This document shows, one piece after another, positions 26,511-39,261 of a DNA stretch of 64,000 nt. Every line of letters begins with the position of its first letter. Position 1 is the stretch's first letter. The stretch is taken from NCBI GenBank assembly GCA_002269645.1, contig NIVC01000591.1:124001-188000 (forward strand). Reading direction: 5' to 3'. This DNA is from Macrostomum lignano (taxonomy: Eukaryota). Both the position numbers and the translations under genes were made by a program. The notes below the pieces were generated by a model. It was not told the DNA's origin, did no database searches, and saw only the letters and a program-made list of their open reading frames with translations.

Positions 26511-26915
26511 AAGTGGCCCAGCAACTCACACTCATGGAGGCTGGATGAGCAACTGAGGATCTGGGAGGCTGGCCCAGCAACTGAGGATCTGGGAGGCTGG
26601 CCCGGCAACTGAGGATCGGGGAGGCTGGCCCAGCAACTGAGGATCTGGGAGGCTGGCCCGGCAACTGAGGATCGGGGAGGCTGGCCCAGCAACTGAGGAT
26701 CTGGGAGGCTGGCCCGGCAACTGAGGATCGGGGAGGCTGGCCCGGCAACTGTGGATCTGGAAGGCTGGTGGCCCAGCAACTGAGGATCTGGGAGGCTGGC
26801 CCAGCAACTGTGGATCTGAAAGGCTGGTGGCCCAGCAACTGAGGATCTGGGAGGCTGGCCCAGCAACTGTGGATCTGAAAGGCTGGTGGCCCAGCAACTG
26901 AGGATCTGAGAGGCT
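26511..26915. repeat. 28-bp minisatellite (GGCCCAGCAACTGAGGATCTGGGAGGCT)
   Basis: About 14 copies, 3' of SMIM12. Confidence 0.92.
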
Positions 26916-27087
26916 GAAAGTTTCATAGTCACGGAACTCAATAAAAACCACTCAACGCACAATTTCACAAAACAACAATACTAAATCTATGGTATTCCTA
27001 CAGCAAAGCCACTAAAAACGTATCATACTACTGCATGGAGAAGTGTAGCACAGTTCAGTAAAAAACGCATTTCCATAAAACACGACA

Positions 27088-27441
27088 TCAAGTCGCTTCC
27101 CCCTTGCCAACTTTATTGAACAGCCTGTTGTAGTCATTCTTATCGAAAATTCTACTGGGAGCAGACGGGGCCAGCGGCTCCAGACCGCCTGCGGATGATG
27201 AGGCTTCAGCGGCAGCAGCTGCAGCTTCCCGAAGCAGTCGCTCGTCTCGTTGATCAGCCACTGACTTGTCTCGGCGGGCCGCTGCCTCCTGCGACTCCAA
27301 ACTCGCTGGCGAGGTGAACAAGCGCTCAGCGTTGTAGCCAATGATGCCGATGACAACGGCGAATGGAAATGCGATTGCGTTGGCAACTGGACCGGCTCGG
27401 GCCATGAAAGTGCGCATCGCTTGCAGGATTAAGGGTAGCAT
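27088..27441 (-). CDS. SMIM12: Small integral membrane protein 12 (UPF0767 family), 117 aa
   Basis: RTF...[16 protein letters not shown] ~ human [37 protein letters not shown] ~ [23 protein letters not shown] ~ APKAVLNRN. Confidence 0.85.
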   Translation of the reverse strand: [117 protein letters not shown]

Positions 27442-27514
27442 TGTTGCTTAGCTGGGACATGAATGGTGACGATATGTATCGAAAATACACATTGAATGAG
27501 TTTAAAATGAAATA

Positions 27515-29320
27515 CAATTGGGATTTTCCTAAATCCTAAATAACCGAAAGAGATTTCCCCAAATTCTGAATAACAGAATGAGATTTCCCCAAATCCCGAA
27601 TACTCAATAGGGATTTCCCCGAATCCTTAATAACCGAATGAGATTTCCCCAAATCCTAAATAACCGAATGGGATTTCCCCAAATCCTGAATACTCAATAG
27701 GGATTTCCCCGAATCCTTAATAACCGAATGGGATTTCCCGGAATCCTAAATAACCGAATGGGATTTCCCCAAATCCTAAATAACCGAATGGGATTTCCCC
27801 GAATCCTAAATAACCGAATGGGATTTTACCAAATCCTAAATAACAGAATAGGATTTCCAAAATTCATAAATAAACTTGAATAATAGGACTTCACCAAATC
27901 CTAAATAACCGAATGGGATTTCCCCAAATCCTGAATACTCAATAGGGATTTCCCCGAATCCTAAATAACCGAATGGGATTTCTCCAAATACTAAATAACC
28001 GAATGAGATTTCCCCAAATCCCGAATACTCAATAGGGATTTCCCCGAATCCTAGTTAACCGAATGGGATTTCCCCAAATCCTAAATAACCGAATGAGATT
28101 TCCCCAAATCCTAAATAACCGAATAGATTTCACCAAATCCTAAATAACCGAATGAGATTTCCACAAATCCTAAATAACCGAATCAATGGGATTTCCTTAA
28201 ATCCTGAATAACCGAATGAGATTTCCCCAAATCCTAAATAATTGAGTGGGATTTCCCCAAATCCTGAATACTCAATAGGGATTTCCCCGAATCCTAAATA
28301 ACCGAATGGGATTTCCCCAAATCCTGAATACTCAATAGGGATTTCTCCGAATCCTAAATAATCGAATGGGATTTCCCCAAATCCTGAATACTCAATAGGG
28401 ATTTCCCCGAATCCTAAATAACCGAATGGGATTTCCCGAATCCTAAATAACCGAATGGGATTTCCCCAAATCCTAAATAACCGAATCAATGGGATTTCCC
28501 CAAATCCTAAATAGCCGAATAGATTTTACCAAATCCTAAATAACCGAATGGGATTTCCCCAAATCCTGAATACTCAATAGGGATTTCTCCGAATCCTAAA
28601 TAACCGAATGGGATTTCCCAAAATCCTGAATACTCAATAGGGATTTCTCCGAATCCTAAATAACCGAATGGGATTTCCCCAAATCCTGAATACTCAATAG
28701 GGATTTCTCCGAATCCTAAATAACCGAATGGGATTTCCCCAAATCCTGAATACTCAATAGGGATTTCTCCGAATCCTAAATAACCGAATGGGATTTCCCC
28801 AAATCCTGAATACTCAATAGGGATTTTCCCGAATCGTAAATAACCGAATGGGATTTCCCCGAATCCTAAATAACCGAATGGGATTTCCCCAAATCCTGAA
28901 TACTCAATAGGGATTTCTCCGAATCCTAAATAACCGAATGGGATTTCCCCAAATCCTGAATACTCAATAGGGATTTCCCCGAATCCTAAATAACCGAATG
29001 GGATTTCCCCAAATCCTAAATAACCGAATGGGATTTCCCCAAATCCTAAATAACCGAATCAATGGGATTTCCCCAAATCCTAAATAGCCGAATAGATTTT
29101 ACCAAATCCTAAATAACCGAATGGGATTTCCCCAAATCCTGAATACTCAATAGGGATTTCTCCGAATCCTAAATAACCGAATGGGATTTCCCCAAATCCT
29201 GAATACTCAATAGGGATTTCCCCGAATCCTAAATAAACGAATGGGATTTCCCCAAATCTTGAATACTCAATAGGGATTTCTCCGAATCCTAAATAACCGA
29301 ATGGGATTTCCGCTAAATCC
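27515..29320. repeat. 30-bp minisatellite (TAACCGAATGGGATTTCCCCAAATCCTAAA) with a 60-bp dimeric higher-order unit
   Basis: About 60 copies. The two subunit types alternate strictly over 28540-28960. Each unit carries an internal GGATTT...AAATCC inverted repeat. Confidence 0.95.
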
Positions 29321-30112
29321 TGCATTTTACCACGGACAAAAAATTAAAACTAGTCAGATTTAGAACAACTGCTAATTAAAGTTTATTTGGCAACAATGAT
29401 CAATGAATTACGATCTTTTAAAGCAATACATAAACATATATATGCATTAAAATTGTTACAAAAAAATTTGTTAAAGGAAGAGGTGTGAAACAAAAAAAAT
29501 TAAGTAACTAGCTAGTAAGTAAAACAAGCACTTCAGCTGCATATCAAAGTGCTTTACGATGGTTTTTGGTATTAAAAAAAAGTGACTGCAAAAATAAGGA
29601 AAACAGAGTAATGACATTGGAACAGAACAATAGCCACAACCACACCCGACACCAGTAACAGCCAACTATGAAAAAAAGATCAACCAACACAAAATTGAAA
29701 GACGATGTTAAAAAAACAAACACAGACTCAAAAAAGGTCCCCGAAGTTCCGTTTGAATTAAAACATAACCAACACAACAGTAAAACAGGGAAGCATTTAT
29801 GTGGAGAGATTTTCAAATTCCACAAACTGGAATAACGATCCTTTTAATTGAAGAATTGAAAATAATAACACAACATATCGGTAGAATGTCTAAAAGCAGG
29901 CAAAACATTTGTGCAGGAAAAAATTAAAATACAATTATTGTCAAGGAAAATAGGACTATATTATTTAATAAATATATCAAATATTATGCGCTTAATTAAG
30001 GAAAACTACAAATTGCAAGAGACTGAAAATCAGCAGCCAACAAACCCGCATGAGTCCAAAACTCATTGCTTGCATACTACTTACTGACAAGCATGTGTTC
30101 GGGCCGCTGTAC

Positions 30113-30708
30113 ATGCATGGGATGCAGGGAGATGCAGGAAGATTTAGGGAGATGTAGGGAGACGCAGGGACATGAAAGAGATGTAGGGAAATGCAGGGAG
30201 ATGTAGTGAGATGCATGGGATGTAGGGAGATGCAGGGAGATGTAGTGAGATGCATGGGATGTAGGGAGATGCAGGGAAATGTAGGGAGATGTATGGGATG
30301 TAGGGAGATGCAGGGAGATGCAGGGAGATGCATGGGATGTAGGGAGATGCATGGGATGTAGAGAGATGCAGGGAGATGCAGGGGATGTAGGGAGATGCAT
30401 GGGATGTAAGGAGATGCATGGGATGTAGGGAGATGCAGGGGATGTAGGGAGATGCATGGGGATGCAGGGAGATGCAGGGAGATGCAGGGAGATGCAGGGA
30501 GATGTAGGGAGATGCATGGGATGTAGGGAGATCGATGGGATGCAGGGAGATGCACGGAAATTCATGGGATGTAGGGAGATGCATGGGATGTAGGGAGATC
30601 CATGGGATGCAGGGAAATACATGGGATGTAGGGACATGCAGGGAGATGTAGGGAGATGCATGGGATGTAGGGAGATCCATGGGATGCAGGGAGATGCAGG
30701 GAGATGAG
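30113..30708. repeat. Minisatellite (GCAGGGAGAT/GCATGGGAT/GTAGGGAGAT), same family as the 12-kb array
   Basis: Directly visible, 3' of the DDHD1 stop. Confidence 0.92.
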
Positions 30709-30867
30709 CATTGTTAGCTTTTAATCTTTAGTATTTCAGCTACCGCAATGACCAAAATTTGTTCATAGATGAAAAAATGAATTTTTGACCGCCAATAAAC
30801 AAGTAAATAAACAAATAAACAAACAAATAAACATTTGCCAGCCCGTCAATCATTGAAACTCAGTCGA

Positions 30868-33800
30868 TCATCGCTTCGGAATGCCAATAGGCCCATAGTC
30901 AGGGAACAGGTGACTCATAATAAACAGAGCAATATCTTCATGACTCCAATAGGCGGTGTGACTGGTGAGCACACTTACATATGAGGACTCATAGCGGCCT
31001 TCTCTCAGCTGATAGTCCAGTCTGTGCTCAAGTTCGGTCCTGTGCTGCATCGAGTCGTACACATTTACAGCCGGCCGACTACTGTTCGAGGCTGGCGCAG
31101 CCTCTCCATTAGCTTCATCAGCGCCCAGCATCAGATCATCGGCAGCATCTTCAACGTAGTTGCTAGCAAAAGTTTTCAGTTCCGACATGACGGGAGGCCC
31201 AGTTGAGCTGACTGAGACTGCTGTAGCTGAAGCTGACGACGCCACGGAACCGCTGGCAGATGCAGTCTTGCGAAAGCTCGAAAGTCTGGATGGACTGTAG
31301 GCTGAGTCACCTGATGGAGACGGCAGCTGCGGCGGCTGCTGCTGCCCCTTGCCAGTGAATCTTGACAGAAACGTGTTGAACCGGTCTAGGGGTGAGAAAT
31401 ACAGATAGTGACACATAATCACAGATAATCACATAATCACAGATAATCACATAATCACAGATAATCACAGATAATCACACAATCACAGATAATCACATAA
31501 TCACAGATAATCACATAATCACAGATAATCACACATAATCACACAATCACAGATAATCACATAATCACAGATAATCACATAATCACAGATAATCACATAA
31601 TCACAGATAATCACACATAATCACAGATAATCACAGACAATCACAGATAATCACATAATCACAGATAATCACACATAATCACAGATAATCACAGACAATC
31701 ACAGATAATCACATAATCACAGATAATCACACATAATCACAGATAATCACAGACAATCACAGATAATCACATAATCACAGATAATCACATAATCACAGAT
31801 AATCACAGATAATCACACAATCACAGATAATCACATAATCACAGATAATCACAGATAATCACACAATCACAGATAATCACATAATCACAGATAATCACAC
31901 AGCGGCTCTTTGACTTTCTAATCGTCAGGCGTGAGAGCACAGGAAGGCTGGATATACAATAATAAAATAGCGACTGTCACTACGTCAAGCATCGATTTGG
32001 AAAAAGCAATATAAACCAGTAAATTGTTAAATAATTTTGCTACCAATTCTTTATAATAGATAAAAATTATTTAGAAATTAGAGCCCAGATAAAATGGGAA
32101 AAATGATTTTTTTATTAGCTAAAACCTTAAATATTATAAAACTATGAACCAGAGTAGTTTATAATTAGAGTTTATATATTGCGAAAATATATTACACATC
32201 TATCTTCTACTTGAGCTAAACTTTAGTATTGATAGATTACTGTAAGCCAGTAAAAGGATTACCAATGTATTCTGAAATAATATAACAAAAGTACTAAGAA
32301 AGTATAGATAATAAAATTTAAATTTAATATGCAAATTTGTGCGAAGAAAATTATTTGCAAAGGATATCTACCATGCCAAAATTAGTGTTGGATAACATAA
32401 AAACTAATTGAAGGTCTAATGTACATCTAGGGTGGGGTTGTGGGGGCTAGTGTACATCTAGGGTAGGTTAGTGGGGCTAGTGTACATCAAGGGTGGGGTT
32501 GTGGAGGTTAGTGTACATCTAGGGTGGGGTTGTGGGGGCTAGTGTACATCTAGGGTAGGTTTTTGGGAGCCAGTGTACATCTAGGTGGGGATGTAAGGAG
32601 CCAGTGTACATCTAGGTGGGGATGTGGGGAGCCAGTGTGTGATAGCTTGGCCTGCGTGCGCGCTGGGGGCGGAGCTGGATTGCGTTGTTTTGGTTTCTCT
32701 CTCTCTCTCTCTCGCTGCATGTACTTGCTAGCGCGGGTTGGGGGGTGCGGTGAGTATGCCGATCGATAACAAATAGTTCAATATAAAGCAGGCATTCTGG
32801 CCTGCTATGTTTTTCGTACTTTTGAGCCAAAATAAAGTTTTGTCTTGACTTTATTTCACTGGCGACGAGGATGGCCACTGGGCCACTGTGTAGCATAGGA
32901 CCGTTTGAGCCTGAAACAGAGGACTGGCCGCAACACAAGGAGCGCATTGAACAAGTGTTCATTGCAAACGAAATCGAAAGCGAAGAGAAGAAGCGAGCGG
33001 TATTCCTCAGCGTGTGCGGCAAGGACACCTATAGGCTTGTCACCAGTCTTCTGGCCCCAGTTAAGCCTTCAGAGGCTTCCTTCGCTAACATCTGCAAAAA
33101 GCTTGACGATCACTGGGACCCAAAGCCGTCAGAGATCGTGCAAAGGTTCCACTTCTACCAGCGCGTTCGAGAGAGCTCGGAGTCCGTGGCCGACTTCCTG
33201 GCGGCACTGCGGCGTTTGGCTGTCTACTGCAACTTCGGTGACAGCTTGAGCACCATGCTGAGGGACCGTCTGGTGCTTGGCATCCAAGATGATCGCATAC
33301 AGCGCAGACTCCTGTCCGAGACAGAGTTGGACCTGGACAGAGCACTGGCGATCTCCCAGGCGGTGGAGCTGGCAACCAAGGGCTGCAACTTGGTCAAGGG
33401 CTCGTCCTCAGGAACTCCGCAAGCCGCCTCAGCAGCATCGGTAGACCAAGTCGGCCAGACCAATGCGATAACGGCTCAGCGACCTGCAAAAAGGTGCTAC
33501 AGGTGCCTGTCAGCGAAACACCTGGCGGCGAAGTGCCCATTCATGAAGAAGGCCTGTTTCAAGTGCGGCAAGATAGGGCACACCGCTGCAGCCTGTCGAG
33601 GAGGCGCGGATTCGGCTGGAGCTGAGCCGCGGTCGCAAGTCGCCGCCGTGGAGGAGGAAAGCCAAGACTGCGGCTCCCTGAACACCTTGCCCAGTACAAC
33701 TGCCAAGGTACCGCCGTACATCACCACGGTCCTGCTCAACGGAGTGTCCTGCCAGATGGAGATCGACACGGGCGCGGCGGTATCGCTGATATCGGCTAGA

Positions 33801-36800
33801 GCCTATCACGACCTGCTGGGCGGGGCTCCTGAGCTCGAGCGCACTCCGATTCGACTGCGGAACTACTGCGGACAGCCGGTTAGCGTGCTCGGTCAGATCA
33901 GCGTGTCTGCAGAGATTCCAGGTAAAGCCAAGCAGCTTCTTCCTCTTCTAGTGGTATCTGGATCCGGTTCCAGCCTCATCGGTAGGAACTGGCTGGCTGT
34001 GCTGCCGTTGAATTGGGGGAGCGTCAAGCAGCTGCCCGAAGCGTCGGCTCCAAAGGATCAGCAAGTGCAGAAGTTGCTAGAGAAGTTCAGCCCCGTTTTC
34101 TCGAGTGGCCTCGGCTGCTACACGGGTGAACCCCTGAAACTGCGAGTGAAGCCCGGGGCGCGACCCAAGTTCATGAAGGCGCGGCAGGTACCTTTCGCCT
34201 TGAAGTCCAAGGTGGAAGAGCAGCTCGAGCGGGAGATTCAGCAGGGCATCCTGCGGCCGGTCTCCGATTCTGAGTATGCGTCCCCAATCGTGCCGGTGCT
34301 GAAGTCGGACGGCTCCGTCAGAATCTGCGCAGATTTCAAGTGCACGGTAAACCAGGATGTGGAGATGGACTGCTACCCGCTGCCAAGGATTGAGGAGTTG
34401 TTCGCCAAGCTCACCGGCGGCCAAAAGTTCACCAAGCTGGACCTCAGCCAGGCATACATGCAGCTTCGGCTCGACGAAGAGTCTCAGCGCCTGTGCACCA
34501 TCAACACCTCGAAGGGTTTGCTGAGGTATACGAGGCTACCGTTTGGAATCTCACCAGCAGTTGGAATCTTCCAGAGAACCATGGACGGCCTGCTGCAAGG
34601 CGCACAGCATACGGCAACCTTTATTGATGACGTGTTGGTGACCGGCGCCGATGACGCTGAGCACCTCGAGAATCTGGAGACCGTCCTGCAGCGCCTGAAG
34701 GATGCTGGGCTGAAGTGCCGACTTGACAAATGCCGCTTCATGGAGAATTCGGTGACCTATTTGGGGCATCGGATTGACGCCTAGGGCCTGCATCCGATGA
34801 GTGACAAAGTCAACGCGATCGTTGACGCGCCGATGCCAAAGGACGTCACGCAGTTGCGCAGTTTCTTGGGCCTCCTCAACTATTACGGCCGGTTTCTGCC
34901 GAACCTGTCCAGCGTTCTGGCTCCTCTGCACCGGCTGCTCGAGAAAGGAACTGTCTGGCGATGGGGCGAAGCGCAGTCCGATGCTTTTCGGCGCAGCAAG
35001 GAGCTGCTACTGAGCTCGCAGGCGCTTGTCCATTTCGACGTCAAAAAGGAGGTGATTCTGGAGTGCGATAGTTCGCCATACGGTGTCGGGGCCGTCATCT
35101 GCCACCGCATTGATGGCCTTGAAAGGCCAATTGCCTTCGCGTCCCGATCGCTCGCCGACGCCGAGAGGAACTATTCGCAGACAGAGAAGGAAGCCCTGGC
35201 GATCATTTTTGGGATCAAGCACTTCCACGCCTACCTCTATGGCAAAACCTTTGAGCTCAAGAGCGACCACAAGTCGCTACTGGGCCTGCTACACGAGAGC
35301 AAGGCCATTCCACCACTGGCTTCGGCTAGGATCCAGCGTTGGGCTCTGCTGCTTTCGAACTACTCGTATCGGCTGCAGTATCGCAAGGGAACTTCGCTGC
35401 TGCGGGCTGACGCTCTGAGTCGGCTGCCGCTGCCGACAAAGTCAGTGGAGACGCCGTCACCGGCTGAGGTAGTCCTGCTCATAGATGCGTTCAATGAGGG
35501 ACCCGTGACGGCTGCTCAGGTTCGCGGCTGGACAAGGCGGGACCCGCTGCTCAGTCGAGTGCTGCGGTTCGTGCAGGGTGGATGGCCAGAGCGTCATCGG
35601 CTGGATGCGGAACTGCAGCCGTATGCAGTTAGGGCGGCAGAGCTGAGCTTGGAGGACGGCTGCCTGCTGTGGGGCAACCGTGTGATTGTGCCGGTTCAGG
35701 GACGACAAGCGCTGCTCGATTGTCTACATCAGAGCCATCAAGGAGCTTCAAGGATGAAGTCCCTGGCCCGAGGATATTTCTGGTGGCCGGGATTGGACCG
35801 GGACATCGAGCAGATGTCGCAGAACTGCGGCGAGTGCCAGCGTCATCAGAACTGCCCGCCGCCAGCCCTCCTGCAGCCGTGGCCGTGGCCGGACAAGCCG
35901 TGGTCCCGGATCCACATGGACTACGCTGGACCATTCGAGGGAAAAATGCTGTTAGTACTGGTGGACGCTCATTCCAAATGGATTGAAGTCCACATTTGCC
36001 AGTCAGCCACCAGTGCTGCCGCCATCGATCGGCTGAGAAGGACTTTCAGTCAGCTGGGATTGCCAGAGGTCGTAGTGAGCGACAACGGTCCGAATTTCGT
36101 GAGCCAAGAGATGAGCAACTTCTTGGCCAGTAACGGCATCCGGCACATCAAAGTGGCTCCATATCATCCATCGTCCAACGGATTGGCCGAGCGAGCGGTC
36201 CAGACGGTGAAGGCGGCCCTGGCGAAGGGGCGGCCGGCGTCCCTGCAGTTTCGGCTAGCTCGGTTCCTGCTGACCTACCGGGTCACTCCGCACAGCACAA
36301 CCGGTGCTCCACCCTGCCAGCTGATGATGGGCAGGCAGCTGCGGACGCTTCTAGACATTGTGCGGCCCGATGTCTCGGCTACAGTCAGGCGCAGCCAGGA
36401 CTCGCAAAAGGAGTACCACGACCTGCGAGCCAGGGATCGCAACTTCGAAGAAGGCGACGGCGTCCTGGTGCGCGACTTCAATGGTCCGGAGAAGTGGGCG
36501 CCGGCCTCCGTGAGCCGCCAGACCGGGCCGCTGTCCTACGAGTGCCGCCTGCCCGACGAGCGCATCGTGCGGCGGCATGCCGACCACCTGGTGCCGGCGG
36601 TCATCCCACCTGAGCAAGCGGCAGGATCGGCCCAGTCAAGTGGGGCGACGCCACAGCTTCTGACTCCGTCGGTGACAACGTCTGAAGCACCACCTCCGCC
36701 GCCATCGCTGCCACCGCCGCCGCTGCCACCGCTGCCGCCGCTGCCGCCGCCCCCGATGCTGCGGCGTTCGGAGAGGACTACAAGGGCACCGGATCGACTG

Positions 36801-39229
36801 ACCTACGAGTGAACTTGATCTGACAGTGACTGATTGTTTTTTTGGGTGGTGGGTTTTTTTTCTTTTTTCTTTGTTGCAAGTTCCGTTGCTTTTGTCTTGG
36901 CATGGAGGGATGTGATAGCTTGGCCTGCGTGCGCGCTGGGGGCGGAGCTGGATTGCGTTGTTTTGGTTTCTCTCTCTCTCTCGCTGCATGTACTTGCTAG
37001 CGCGGGTTGGGGGGTGCGGTGAGTATGCCGATCGATAACAAATAGTTCAATATAAAGCAGGCATTCTGGCCTGCTATGTTTTTCGTACTTTTGAGCCAAA
37101 ATAAAGTTTTGTCTTGACTTTATTTCACAGTGTACATCTAGGGTGAGGTTGTGGGGAGCCAGTGTACATCTAGGGTGGGGTTGTGGGGAGCCAGTGTACA
37201 TCTAGGGTGGGGATGTGGGGAGCCAGTGTACATCTAGGGTGGGGTTGTGGGGAGCCAGTGTACATCTAGGGTGGGGTTGTGGGGAGCCAGTGTACATCTA
37301 GGGTGGGGATGTGGGGAGCCAGTGTACATCTAGGATGGGGATGTGGGGAGCCAGTGTACATCTAGGGTGGGGTTGTGCGGAGCCAGTGTACATCTAGGGT
37401 GGGGATGTGGGGAGCCAGTGTACATCTAGGGTGGGGATGTGGGGAGCCAGTGTACATCTAGGGTTAGATTGTGGGGTTTAAAATCATTTGAAATCATTTA
37501 TAAAATTAAATGCATTCACTAACATAAGGACAAAAAAAAGCACAAATATAATCAATGATGGAACATAAAGATTCAGATATAGCACAACACTAATCAGGGA
37601 TTTTAAAACACACAACAGCATAAAACAAAATCACGCATCGGTGGTGAAACGAACCTGACAGTGAGGCATCGCTAGCCACAGCTCTTAGAGTGGCTGGGTG
37701 TTCTGTTACGGCACACACTTGGCCTGGTATTTGGTAGTTAATGCACGCAATATTAATGATAGCAAGGAAAGCTATAGGGCATAGGCGTAGGGATAGACCA
37801 GATATATCGGCCTGTAGTTAAATATGGCTGACTATGGGTTTTTTAGAAGGTAAGAAATTAGATAATCGATAAAAAATTAGATAACTAAGGGAGGTAGCTC
37901 GTAATGAATTAAGCATTTGTATTCAGAATTTTACTGATTAAACGGTAAATACATTAATTTTTTTATATTGACAACTTAAATGGTCAATTAAAATTGAGAG
38001 AAATGGGAGGTGAGACGCAGATGGAGAGGGGTGGGAGAGGGGGATGGGAGGGAGAGAGGGAAATGGTAGGGAAGAGGGAGATGAGAGGGAGAGAGGGAGA
38101 TAAGTGGGAGAGAGGGAGATGGGAGGGAGAGAGGGAGATGGGAGGGGAGAGGGAGATGGGAGGGAGAGAGGGAGATGGGAGGGAGAGAGGGAGATGGGAG
38201 GGAGAGAGGGAGATGGGAGGGAGAGGGAGATGATAGGGAGAGAGGGAGATGAGAGGGAGAGAGGGAGATGGGAGGGAGAGAGGGAAATGGGAGGGAAGAG
38301 GGAGATGAGAGGGAGAGAGGGAGATGGGAGGGAGAGAGGGTGATGAGAAGGAGAGAGGGAGATAGGAGGGAGAGAGGGAGATGGGAGGGAGAGAGGGAGA
38401 TGGGAGGGAGAGAGGGAAATGGGAGGGAAGAGGGAGATGAGAGGGAGAGAGGGAGATGAGAGGGAGAGGGAGATGGGAGGGAGAGAGGGAGATGGGAGGG
38501 AGAGAGGGAGATGGGAGGGAGAGAGGGAAATGGGAGGGAAGAGGGAGATGAGAGGGAGAGAGGGAGATGAGAGGGAGAGGGAGATGATAGGGAGAGAGGG
38601 AAATGGGAGGGAAGAGGGAGATGAGAGGGAGAGGGGGAAATGGGAGGGAAGAGGGAGATGAGAGGGAGAGAGGGAAATGGGAGGGAAGAGGGAGATGAGA
38701 GGGAGAGAGGGAGATGGGAGGGAGAGAGGGAGATGGGAGGGAAGAGGGAGATGAGAGGGAAGAGGGAGATGAGAGGGAGAGAGGGAAATGGGAGGAAAGA
38801 GGGAGATGAGAGGGAGAGAGGGAGATGAGAGGGAGAGAGGGAGATGAGAGGGAGAGAGGGAGATGAGATGAGAGGGAGAGAGGGAGATGGGAGGGAAGAG
38901 GGAGATGGGAGGGAAGGTGATGGGAGGGAAGACACAAATTCAGCAATTCGTCGGCAGAGAAACACCGAAACCCGCAGCTGTGGTCAGCAAGTATCGGGGG
39001 GGGGGGGAGCTCAAAGACACGAGTACACCCCCGGAGGAACTCACTAATACTGCTAGGCTTGTCTCCGCTGCCAGCTGCAATATCGGAGGCATCGAGAGCG
39101 CTGGAGTCCTGGCCGGAGCCGCCGCCGCAAGCTCCGGTGTCGCTGTGCCGAGACGAGAGCTCGTCAAAGTTCAACTCCGGCGGTGACGAGTCGCCAGAGT
39201 GCAGTAGAAGATGAGCAGCAGCGAACTGT

Positions 39230-39261
<32 letters not shown>

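Larger units (their letters stand above)
32638..37127 (+). mobile_element. Full-length Ty3/Gypsy LTR retrotransposon (Mag-like), antisense within the last DDHD1 intron
   Basis: TG...CA LTRs at 32638-32858 and 36911-37127; 5-bp TSD CAGTG (32633-32637 / 37128-37132); PBS TGGCGACGAGGATGG; purine tract GGAGGGA before the 3' LTR; domain order gag-PR-RT-RH-IN. Confidence 0.97.
32415..37465. repeat. 32-bp minisatellite (AGCCAGTGTACATCTAGGGTGGGGTTGTGGGG) split by the LTR element into 32415-32637 and 37128-37465
   Basis: The same unit occurs on both sides of the retrotransposon. Confidence 0.92.

Noticed and set aside
27515-29320. Dozens of GGGATTTCCC NF-kB-consensus sites
   Set aside because: The motif is simply part of the satellite unit, and there is no evidence for Rel binding or for an NF-kB pathway in this organism.
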